A stretch of 64,000 bases of DNA, from contig CAZZIO010000065.1 of assembly GCA_964654465.1 (NCBI GenBank), forward strand, positions 1-64,000, given 5' to 3'. This document shows positions 1-8,643 of this stretch, piece by piece (the first letter of the stretch is position 1; each line of letters opens with the position of its first letter). The position numbers were made by a program, and so were the translations under genes. The notes below the pieces were generated by a model, which had not been told where the DNA came from, searched no databases, and saw only the letters and a list, made by a program, of their open reading frames with translations. The stretch is from an uncultured Dictyoglomota bacterium (GTDB lineage: Bacteria; Dictyoglomota; Dictyoglomia; Dictyoglomales; Dictyoglomaceae).

Positions 1-62
1 TCCTCGCTCTCTATATGCCTTCCTCTCTTCTTCCTTCTCTCTTCTCTCTCCCTTTTCTCCCT

Positions 63-132
63 TTGTCTAATGTGCATCCGCCCTTTCTCATCGGGCGGAT
101 TAAATTCTATCATATATATCTCCCTTTTGCAA
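63..132 (-). promoter_or_regulatory. Strong sigma70-type promoter with hairpin and boxA-like leader, possibly the start of an rRNA/stable RNA operon running off the left edge
   Basis: On minus strand: TTGCAA (127-132), 17 bp, TGnTAGAAT (104-109); then hairpin ATCCGCCC/GGGCGGAT (76-100), GCACATTAGACAA (63-75) and a purine-rich non-coding run. Confidence 0.5.
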
Positions 133-173
133 GAGGGGGGACAAGAAAAAAATATAAAAAAGCAAAAAAGCCT

Positions 174-1919
174 CTATACCTCTTGATCTTCTTCTACCTT
201 TTCTCTTCTTTGATTTCTAAACATTTCTAAAATTTCAGAGACAGAAGTTGCATCATAAGGACCTTTATCCTCTCTAATAAAGCCAATAACTCTTGGGAAT
301 CTTAATGCATAACCTAATCCATCAGTTTCTTTTCCACATGTATGCACGGGGCTTCTTGTTATTTCATCAGCTTGAATTTCTACCACATATTTAGGTTCTA
401 CCCATACATCAGGTTCTATTAAAGAATCAACATTACTGGGTTTATGGTCAACTTTTACTTCATCTAAAACTTCCCTAAATTTTACCCATTCCTCTTCCGT
501 TGGGCCTGTTCCTATTTTTGCTATAGTCTTAAATAGATCTCTCTCTTGATCATACACTCCAACAAGAAGGGCACCTATTCCAAATTTTGCTCTATGTCCT
601 CTTCCTTTAAAATATCCAAGAATCACACAATCAACTGTATCTGTGAGATGACTTTGATAAGATCTCTTTAATTTTATCCAGTTAAAATTTCTTACTCCTG
701 CCTGATATGGGGCATCTAATCTCTTAGCTACAATACCTTCCAATCCTTCACTAATACATTCCTCAAAAAACATCTGTATTTCCTTCGGATCACTGGTAAC
801 AATATTCTTTGTTATAAAAATTTTATCTCCTTCTTTTATATTCTCTTCTAATTTTTTTCTTCTTCTAAGATAAGGTAAGGATGTAATATCTTCTCCATCT
901 ACATATAAAATATCAAAAGTAAATAGCTGGAGAGGAAAAAGCTCTACCATTTCACTAATATTATATTTCCTTTTTCTTTGAACAGTAACCTGAAAAGGAT
1001 AAAATTCTCCAGTTTCGGGATTATAAGAGATAGCTTCACCCTCAATTATTATCTCCTCCTTAGGTATCTGATCAAGTATCCCTTCTACTAAATCAGGAAA
1101 CATATGGGTATTATCTTCTAAATTTCTTGAGAAAATTTTGACAATTTTACCTTTTTTATGTATCTGACACCTAAAACCATCAAACTTAGGTTCTACTGAG
1201 CATTTACCCATTTTTTTAATGATCTCTTCAGGCTTAGAAACCCTTTCAGCTAATGCCATCCTTATAGGTCTTCCAACTTGTACCTTGATTTTCTTTAGAG
1301 CTTCTGTACCTCCTTCCCAAAAAACCTTAGCCACATATCCTAAATCAGAAGTAATATTAAAAGCTCTTTCTATAAAAGACCTTAGAGTCTTATCTTTTGC
1401 CTTTGCATAAGAAAGAGCATCCATAATTGTTGGCTCTCCTATTCCAAGCCTTAATTTCCCTAAAACTATTCTTACCAGATATTTTGCTCCTTCTGAAGTT
1501 AAGGAGTTTATAAGAAAAGCCAATCTATTTACTTTGGCATCAACACTTCCTTCTCCAGAGATACTAGCTATCTCATATAAAACATTAAACACCTCAGTAA
1601 TTGATAAATCTTTTTCTCTTTCTCTATGGTACCTTATTACAATTTCTCCCAAGTCTCCTATTTCTTTATAAACCCTTTCAAGTTCTGATATAGGCACTAT
1701 AAATGCTAAAGCCATAGCTCTTAATACTAATTTTTCTGACATACCAAACTCGACTTTTTCATATTCAGGAGCAACTCTTCCATTTAATAAATAGATTATC
1801 TTATCAATTTCTTCTTTATCTGCCTTTTTAAATAAATCAGCTAATATTTCAGTCATCTCATTTCTTTTTGTAGTAATTTCTAATCTTCCAAAATATTCTG
1901 CCAATTCACTAAAAAACAT
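174..1919 (-). CDS. lig: ATP-dependent DNA ligase, archaeal/LigI type
   Basis: 581 aa; EPKFDG (adenylated Lys), EGIVAK, WIKLK, LRFPR motifs; N-terminal DNA-binding domain. Confidence 0.95.
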   Translation of the reverse strand: MFFSELAEYFGRLEITTKRNEMTEILADLFKKADKEEIDKIIYLLNGRVAPEYEKVEFGMSEKLVLRAMALAFIVPISELERVYKEIGDLGEIVIRYHREREKDLSITEVFNVLYEIASISGEGSVDAKVNRLAFLINSLTSEGAKYLVRIVLGKLRLGIGEPTIMDALSYAKAKDKTLRSFIERAFNITSDLGYVAKVFWEGGTEALKKIKVQVGRPIRMALAERVSKPEEIIKKMGKCSVEPKFDGFRCQIHKKGKIVKIFSRNLEDNTHMFPDLVEGILDQIPKEEIIIEGEAISYNPETGEFYPFQVTVQRKRKYNISEMVELFPLQLFTFDILYVDGEDITSLPYLRRRKKLEENIKEGDKIFITKNIVTSDPKEIQMFFEECISEGLEGIVAKRLDAPYQAGVRNFNWIKLKRSYQSHLTDTVDCVILGYFKGRGHRAKFGIGALLVGVYDQERDLFKTIAKIGTGPTEEEWVKFREVLDEVKVDHKPSNVDSLIEPDVWVEPKYVVEIQADEITRSPVHTCGKETDGLGYALRFPRVIGFIREDKGPYDATSVSEILEMFRNQRREKVEEDQEV

Positions 1920-2000
1920 ACCTCTTCATTCTCCTTTCATTAAAATCTTTTGATATAATTAATTTTATCACTATAAAAAAGTAAGGGAGGAAAATTAGTT

Positions 2001-2861
2001 ATGGAATTTGTAAAAAGTCATGGTCTTGGAAATGATTATATAGTCCTTGAAAAAAATAAAATTGATTTTATATTAAACGAGAAAAACATTAGATTAATCT
2101 GTAATAGAAATATGGGTATAGGATCTGATGGTATCCTTGTATTTGAAAAGATTAACGATAACGAATTTGCTGTCAGAATTTTTAATCCTGACGGAAGTGA
2201 AGCAGAAAAGAGTGGCAATGGACTCAGAATTTTAGCTAAATATATATATGACTACGGTTTTACCTCTCAAAAAGAATTTTTTATACACACATTAGGAGGA
2301 AGGGTTAAAGCCAATATAATTGAGGAAAAAAATAACAAAGCAAAATGTATAGAAATTGAAATGGGAAAAGTTACCTTTAATACTAAAGAAATTCCTGTAA
2401 ATACAGAAGAAGAAGAACTTGTAGACAAAGAATTAGAAATAGATCACGAAAAAATAAAAATAACCTGCCTTTCCATAGGTAACCCTCACTGTGTGTTTTT
2501 TGTTGATAATATTGATGAAGAAAAAATTAAAAAATTAGGTCCAACTTTGGAAAATCATCCTCTCTTTCCAAACAGAACAAATGTTCAAATGGTAAAGGTA
2601 ATATCTCCTGAAAAAATAGAGATAAGAATATGGGAAAGAGGTGCTGGTTATACACTTGCATCTGGTAGTAGCTCTTGTGCAGCAGTTTCAGCAGCATATA
2701 GGAAAGGTCTTGTCAATAATTATGTAGAGGTTCTAATGCCTGGGGGTGAATTAAAAATAAGAATAAATAAAGATTGGACTGTTAACCTCATAGGTCCTGT
2801 AGAAGAAGTATTTAAAGGTCAATTCTCTGAAGAATTTTGGGAAAAACTTAAAGAGATTTAA
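2001..2861 (+). CDS. dapF: Diaminopimelate epimerase family protein with Ser at both catalytic Cys positions
   Basis: KSHGLGNDY, GIGSDG, NPDGSEAEKSGNG, GNPHCV, WERGAGYTLASGSSS. Confidence 0.88.
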   Translation: MEFVKSHGLGNDYIVLEKNKIDFILNEKNIRLICNRNMGIGSDGILVFEKINDNEFAVRIFNPDGSEAEKSGNGLRILAKYIYDYGFTSQKEFFIHTLGGRVKANIIEEKNNKAKCIEIEMGKVTFNTKEIPVNTEEEELVDKELEIDHEKIKITCLSIGNPHCVFFVDNIDEEKIKKLGPTLENHPLFPNRTNVQMVKVISPEKIEIRIWERGAGYTLASGSSSCAAVSAAYRKGLVNNYVEVLMPGGELKIRINKDWTVNLIGPVEEVFKGQFSEEFWEKLKEI

Positions 2862-3334
2862 ATCATCCCTTTTTTAAATTCTGTTAATTGATATAAATGG
2901 TCTTTCTCTTGTTTTATTATCTCAGAGAGGATTTTTCTATCTTTCTCTGGTATAAATGGTTCTATCTCATAATAAAATAAAAGAGAATCCTTCTCAAGTC
3001 TGATTGCAAGATCTAATACTTCTTCTTTTTTCCATACAGTTTTCTTGGTAAGTTCATCCCAATCAATAAATACCTGTGATTCCACCCAAGCATGTAAATA
3101 TTTATTGGCTTCTTCATCAGGATAAGCAGATACAAAACCTTCTTTTTCAATCTCATAATAAATCTTTTTAAAAGTTATTGCATGAGCATGCTCCTGAACA
3201 GCAAGATATGAAAATAGTCTTTTTAAGTCTTCCTTCTCCACTTTAGATTGCAATATTTTATAAAATTTTTCACTCTCTTCTTCTAAGTGAATTGCCATTT
3301 CTAAAAGATCAGCAGAAGAAAACATCTTTACCAT
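2858..3334 (-). CDS. Ferritin-like/rubrerythrin family protein
   Basis: AIHLEEES...FY, QEHAH, AIRLEKDS...FY, QEKDH diiron-type motifs. Confidence 0.85.
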   Translation of the reverse strand: MVKMFSSADLLEMAIHLEEESEKFYKILQSKVEKEDLKRLFSYLAVQEHAHAITFKKIYYEIEKEGFVSAYPDEEANKYLHAWVESQVFIDWDELTKKTVWKKEEVLDLAIRLEKDSLLFYYEIEPFIPEKDRKILSEIIKQEKDHLYQLTEFKKGMI

Positions 3335-3355
3335 TTTCTATAAAACCTCCTTTTT

Positions 3356-4663
3356 TTACTTTCCAGATACCATAACGTCTTCTAACTTTATTATTGGAGA
3401 AGCTACATTCCCTTTAAAATATAATTCGCTTCCTACTTCAGATATTGAATTTAAAAGATCCTTTAAATTTCCAGCAACAGTCATCTCTGCTAACGGTTTA
3501 TAAAATTCACCATCTTTTATTTGCAAACCTTCTATACCTAAGGAAAAATCTCCAGAAACTGTATCTGCAAGATGTAATCCCATTAAAGAAATAATATAAA
3601 TACCATTTTTTACAGAAGATATTATCTCTCTCTCTGTTCTAATACCTGGTTTTATATACATATTGAAGGAGGCTATTTTAGGTAGACTCTTAAAATTAAG
3701 ACGCACTCCATTTCCAGTAGAATTTCTTCTTTCTTTATTAGCAGTGTATAAATTATGAAGATATTCCTTTAATATTCCATCTTCAATAAGATACTTTTTA
3801 TATGTTTTAACTCCTTCATCATCAAAAGCCCTTGGAACCAATGACCTTTCATCAGTAGGATCCTCTATAATACTCAATACTGGAGATGCCACTCTTTGAT
3901 TAATTAATCCCTTCAATAATGATTTGTTTTTCTGAACATTGTCAGCAATGAACATATATGAAAGAAGCTCTAAAAAATCACTTGCCACATCTGAGGGGAG
4001 TAAAATTGTAGTACGTTTAGATAGGGTTTGCTCAGCTCCCAATAAGCTTGTAGCCTTCCAAACAACCTTATCTACTAAATTATCAAAATTCAAATCATAC
4101 CAAGTTCTTCCAGTATCAAACTCAAAACCGCTTCTCTCATTATTCCCATCAGAAGCTGAAATTTCTGTGTAAACATATTGATATTGATAATTGTATTCAA
4201 GGAAAGTATTTAATGTATTTATTATCTTATTATTTTCACATATTTTCTCCCAAACTATATTTCTTATACTTTTTATTCTCTTATCCTTAGAATATATTTT
4301 TTTCTCAATTTCTTTAAGAGTGTTAATTCTTTCCTCCATCGGAGGATCCTCAATATATCCTTTTATATCTTTGGCTTCCAAATCTTCTACTAAACTCCAA
4401 TTTTCATCAATAGGCATATAATCAACATATGCCAATGCCTTATTTATAGCTTCCTCCACATTCTTAATATCAGTAGTGTATGAAAAACTTTGCTTGTTTT
4501 TTTTAAGTATTCTTATACCTATACCTTGTTCTTTTGATACTTGATATTTCTCTACGTCTCCACCATATATTGTTAAAGAATGTTTTTCCTTTTCTTGATA
4601 AAAAATTTCTCCTTCAACTTTATTTTTCTTAAGAAATTTCAAAACAAATTCTATATCTAACAT
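3356..4663 (-). CDS. pmbA: TldE/PmbA family protein
   Basis: FDDEG, STGNG, SGDFSL, VAGNL; no HExxGH; adjacent to tldD. Confidence 0.9.
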   Translation of the reverse strand: MLDIEFVLKFLKKNKVEGEIFYQEKEKHSLTIYGGDVEKYQVSKEQGIGIRILKKNKQSFSYTTDIKNVEEAINKALAYVDYMPIDENWSLVEDLEAKDIKGYIEDPPMEERINTLKEIEKKIYSKDKRIKSIRNIVWEKICENNKIINTLNTFLEYNYQYQYVYTEISASDGNNERSGFEFDTGRTWYDLNFDNLVDKVVWKATSLLGAEQTLSKRTTILLPSDVASDFLELLSYMFIADNVQKNKSLLKGLINQRVASPVLSIIEDPTDERSLVPRAFDDEGVKTYKKYLIEDGILKEYLHNLYTANKERRNSTGNGVRLNFKSLPKIASFNMYIKPGIRTEREIISSVKNGIYIISLMGLHLADTVSGDFSLGIEGLQIKDGEFYKPLAEMTVAGNLKDLLNSISEVGSELYFKGNVASPIIKLEDVMVSGK

Positions 4664-4674
4664 GATTAAAAAAT

Positions 4675-6066
4675 CTAATCCTCCCTCTTTTTAGTTCCAC
4701 CTACAGTAATCTCAGATATTAATATGGTAGGCATTCCATCAGTAACAGGTACACCCTGACCATCCTTTCCACATGTCCCTGGAGTAAAACCAATATCATC
4801 ACCTATTAATTCTATTTTCTCAAGGATTTTAGGCCCATTACCTATCAAAGTAGCTCCCCTCACAGGATTTTTAATTTTTCCAGATTCTATCATATAACCT
4901 TCTTCAATCTCAAAAACAAAATCTCCTGAGACTGTATCAACCTGACCACCACCCATTTTTACCACATAAAGACCTTTTTCTACTTTATCTAACATATCCC
5001 CTAACTTACTATTCCCAGGAAGGATAAAAGTATTAGTCATTCTTGGGATTGGTGGATATCTAAAACTTTGTCTTCTACCATTGCCAGTAGGAGCTACTCC
5101 AAACTTTTTAGCAGTAATTCTTGAATGCATATAACTTTTTAATATTCCCCTATCTATTAACACATTATAATTTGTTTTAACTCCTTCGTCATCTACATAT
5201 GAACTTCCATACTTTTCTTCCAACACACCAGCATCTACTAATGTTACAGAATTAGAAGCTACTTTCTCCCCTATCTTACCTTTATAAACAGAAACACCTT
5301 TTTCTGCTAAGTCTGCCTCCAAACCATGACCTACTGCCTCATGAATTAGAACACCCCCAGCCTGAGAAGAAATAATCACAGGCATAATTCCAGCAGGCGC
5401 TTCCTCAGCTTCTAACATTAAAATAGCTCTTCGAGAAGCCTCTAAAGCTACATTCTTAACCAAATCCTCAGTAAAAAGTTCCCAGCCTAAAGTAGCTCCT
5501 ACAATCTCATAACCAGTTTGTATAAGTCCATCTTTTTCACCAACTGCAAACCCATAAACGACACTTCGCACTCTCTTTTCTTCTACAAAATCACCTTCAC
5601 TATTTGCTATAAGTATTTCCTGAGTATGGTTCCTTATTACTGATGTAAATTGGACAATTCTTGGACTATAATTTCTTGAACTTTCATCCATTATTTTCAA
5701 AAGATCAATACCTTCCCCAACCTCTACCGATTTATAATCTTTCAATGCTTTGGTAATAAATTCCTTTTTATCCTCCATAATTATCTTTCTATTGTTTTCT
5801 CCTTTAATAACTACCTCTGATAAATTGTTAGCAAGCTTCTTTAAACCCAATTCACTTATATCAGTAGTATAACCATAATATACTTTGTCTCCTTGAATAA
5901 TCCTTATACCAGCCCCTATATCCTCTCCATAAGTTACCTCTTCCGCCCTTCTATCATCCCAATAAAAATAAAGGGAATGAGAATTTTCTAAAAATATTTC
6001 TGAAAATTCTCCCCCATGTCTGATAGCAATACCAAGAATTTCTTCTATTAAGTTTTTATTTAACAT
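4675..6066 (-). CDS. tldD: TldD family metalloprotease
   Basis: HEAVGHGLEAD, DDEG, TGNGRR, PRMTNT, GTCGKDGQ; ATG at 6066 preferred to TTG at 6081. Confidence 0.93.
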   Translation of the reverse strand: MLNKNLIEEILGIAIRHGGEFSEIFLENSHSLYFYWDDRRAEEVTYGEDIGAGIRIIQGDKVYYGYTTDISELGLKKLANNLSEVVIKGENNRKIIMEDKKEFITKALKDYKSVEVGEGIDLLKIMDESSRNYSPRIVQFTSVIRNHTQEILIANSEGDFVEEKRVRSVVYGFAVGEKDGLIQTGYEIVGATLGWELFTEDLVKNVALEASRRAILMLEAEEAPAGIMPVIISSQAGGVLIHEAVGHGLEADLAEKGVSVYKGKIGEKVASNSVTLVDAGVLEEKYGSSYVDDEGVKTNYNVLIDRGILKSYMHSRITAKKFGVAPTGNGRRQSFRYPPIPRMTNTFILPGNSKLGDMLDKVEKGLYVVKMGGGQVDTVSGDFVFEIEEGYMIESGKIKNPVRGATLIGNGPKILEKIELIGDDIGFTPGTCGKDGQGVPVTDGMPTILISEITVGGTKKRED

Positions 6067-6094
6067 ATTTGTTAACCTCAATTATTAACCTTAA

Positions 6095-6119
6095 GAGGGG
6101 AGAGTTTTATCTCCCCCTC
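6095..6119. terminator. Hairpin between ferredoxin and tldD
   Basis: GGGGAGA/TCTCCCC stem just downstream of the ferredoxin stop; weak U-tail. Confidence 0.5.
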
Positions 6120-6136
6120 AAATCTTTAAATAATTC

Positions 6137-6322
6137 TTAAAGAGTAATTGCACCGACTGGACAAGAATCTGCTGCATCTTGACAGCAACCTGCAGACTCG
6201 CAATCAGCCCCTTCTCTTACAACAGCTTTTCCTTCGCTATCAATCTCAAAAACATCAGGGCATAAAGATGCACAAACACCACACCCGATACAAAGTTCTC
6301 TGTTTACGTTTGGTACGCTCAT
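6137..6322 (-). CDS. fdx: Single-cluster ferredoxin
   Basis: CIGCGVC...CP and CPVGAI; GGAGG RBS. Confidence 0.93.
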   Translation of the reverse strand: MSVPNVNRELCIGCGVCASLCPDVFEIDSEGKAVVREGADCESAGCCQDAADSCPVGAITL

Positions 6323-6406
6323 TTAATTAACCTCCTTTTATAATATAGTATTATCATCTTAAAAATTCTCTTAAAGAATAGAAAATTTTATCCTAAAAGT
6401 CAACAA

Positions 6407-6868
6407 TTATTCTCTTATGTAATCTATTTTAGCTCCTACAGAGAATTTATATTTTTCAAAAAATCCCGCTTTAACTTCCAAAGCATATCTATAGGGTTTT
6501 GGACTATAGTACACAGCACAATCTTTTCCCTCTTTACATGGTAACATTCTCTGAATATTAAAGATAATCTTATCAGAAGAAATAAATGCAATATCTAACG
6601 GTACGTACGTATTTTTCATCCAAAAACCGTAGGATACATCGGTGGAAAATATAAAGAGCATTCCATACTCCCATGGTATATCCTTTCTATACATGAGTCC
6701 TAAAGTATGCAATTCTTCCCTATCAGCTATCTCTATTGGAATCTCCAAACTTCTATGGTTTTGGGTAATAATAAGTCTTCCCTTTGGAAAAACTGTCTTA
6801 GAAGTTCCCAAGGTTACTAAAGATATAATTAGGATCCCAAAAATCATTAAAAATATAAACTTTTTCAT
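6407..6868 (-). CDS. DUF192 family protein with N-terminal signal/TM segment
   Basis: GLMYR, GMLFIF, FWMKNTYVPLDIAF, YALEVKAG. Confidence 0.9.
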   Translation of the reverse strand: MKKFIFLMIFGILIISLVTLGTSKTVFPKGRLIITQNHRSLEIPIEIADREELHTLGLMYRKDIPWEYGMLFIFSTDVSYGFWMKNTYVPLDIAFISSDKIIFNIQRMLPCKEGKDCAVYYSPKPYRYALEVKAGFFEKYKFSVGAKIDYIRE

Positions 6869-6912
6869 TACATAATAGCCCCTTTCTTTTTATTTCTTGC
6901 TATAATTATAGT

Positions 6913-7989
6913 ATGATAAAAAGAGAATTTGCAGAACTACCTCTTCATACTGGTAAAGCACCTCAATGGCTTTTTCATAGAATGAAAAAGCTATCAAGAG
7001 AAATCATTCTTCTATTCTATATGGAGAACAAAATTGATGATCTTATAAAAAAACTTTCGGATCCTTTCTGGTTTCAAGCTTTAGGATGTATATTAGGTTT
7101 CGATTGGCATTCCAGTGGACTTACTACAACTACTGGATCCGCACTTAAAGAAGCTCTTAGAGAAATTCCAGATGACATAGGACTTTATATAGTAGGAGGA
7201 AAGGGAAAAACAGCTTTAAATACTCCTAAAGAAATCATAAAAATATCAGAGAAGAGTAGCATTGATCCAAATAAATGGATCTTTATAAGTAGAATAGTAG
7301 CGAGGGTAGATAATAATGCTATTCAGGATGGATATCAATTGTATACCCATCTTTTAGTATTTACAAAAAATGACAAATGGTGTGTTATCCAACAAGGAAT
7401 GAATGAAAAAAACCACTATGCAAGAAGATATCATTGGTTAGGAGATGAAATAAAAAGTTTTGTGGAAGATCCCCATAAAGGTATTATTAGTGAAAGATTT
7501 GAAAATTACGTATTAAACCTGGTTTCAAAAGAAAGTAAAAAAGCTCAGGAAACAATAACATATTTATTTCATGAAAAACCAGAAGATATAACAAAGTTAT
7601 GGGAAAAAGTCTCTTTAAGACTACCCCCCTACCATCCAATAACTGCTAGAGAAATAAAGCCTGAAAATCTTAAGACTGTATTATTGAAAAATTATGAAAA
7701 TCCTCCAAAGGATTTCCAAGATTTAATACTAAGAGAAGGTGTAGGAGCAAAAACTCTTAGAGCTTTAGCATTGATATCCGAGCTTGTATATGGAAATCCA
7801 GCAAGCATAAAAGATCCAGCAAGGTTCTCTTTTGCTCACGGCGGAAAAGACGGACATCCCTATCCTGTAGACAAAAGAAATTATGATAAATCCATAGAAA
7901 TATTAGAAAAGGCAATTAAAAATGCAAAATTAGGTAGAAGAGAAGAGATAGATACTCTTAAAAAATTATCTTTCTTTTTTAAGATCTAA
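6913..7989 (+). CDS. DUF763 family protein
   Basis: LPLHTGKAP, DPFWFQALGC, FDWHSSG, QQGMN, ARRYHW, FAHGGKDGHPYPV. Confidence 0.88.
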   Translation: MIKREFAELPLHTGKAPQWLFHRMKKLSREIILLFYMENKIDDLIKKLSDPFWFQALGCILGFDWHSSGLTTTTGSALKEALREIPDDIGLYIVGGKGKTALNTPKEIIKISEKSSIDPNKWIFISRIVARVDNNAIQDGYQLYTHLLVFTKNDKWCVIQQGMNEKNHYARRYHWLGDEIKSFVEDPHKGIISERFENYVLNLVSKESKKAQETITYLFHEKPEDITKLWEKVSLRLPPYHPITAREIKPENLKTVLLKNYENPPKDFQDLILREGVGAKTLRALALISELVYGNPASIKDPARFSFAHGGKDGHPYPVDKRNYDKSIEILEKAIKNAKLGRREEIDTLKKLSFFFKI

Positions 7990-8643
7990 TAGAATTTTCT
8001 TACTGTATATGTGGGCTAATCTTATAGGTTCAGGCAATCTGTATTTGAAAGTACAATTAAACGAAATTTTTATAGAGGATTCTAATGAAACTTTATGACC
8101 AGGAGATATATATACAGGTTTTACATTCTCTTTTGTCCTTAACACTGCACCAATAACCTCTTCCTTATCATATATATAACTAAATGCTCCCTTTTTATTA
8201 TCAGGTTCTTTAAAATCTCCTATTAATAAATTTTTAGCACAACCTATGGTTGCTATATCTAACACTACACCTACATGAGATGCAATACCCAATCTTCTTG
8301 GATGTGCTATACCTTGACCATCAAAGATTAATATATCAGGCTTTATTTTGAGTTTCCCCCAAGCTTTCATTATACTTGGGCCTTCTCTAAAACTTAAAAA
8401 TCCTGGTATATAAGGAACTGTTACATCCATTGAATGATAAGAAATTTCTATTAACTCTAATGTTTTGTAATTCATAACTACAATAACAGATAATGCCACA
8501 TCATTAGAAAAAGATGTATCCACACCACCTACTGTGTTTATATTAATAAACCCATCTTTTAAAATAATTTTTCTTTTTAGCTCCTCTTGAATTTTTATTG
8601 CTTCATCTCTACTTTTCCAAACAAAAAAACTTTCATAATCCAT
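7966..8643 (-). CDS. nfi: Endonuclease V
   Basis: GGVD, PYIPGFLSFRE, DGQGIAHPRRLGIASH, GCAK, RLPEP. Confidence 0.95.
   Translation of the reverse strand: MDYESFFVWKSRDEAIKIQEELKRKIILKDGFININTVGGVDTSFSNDVALSVIVVMNYKTLELIEISYHSMDVTVPYIPGFLSFREGPSIMKAWGKLKIKPDILIFDGQGIAHPRRLGIASHVGVVLDIATIGCAKNLLIGDFKEPDNKKGAFSYIYDKEEVIGAVLRTKENVKPVYISPGHKVSLESSIKISFNCTFKYRLPEPIRLAHIYSKKILLDLKKER

Noticed and set aside
15-230. 71-aa ORF on + strand
   Set aside because: Low-complexity translation of a pyrimidine-rich antisense leader/promoter; no RBS
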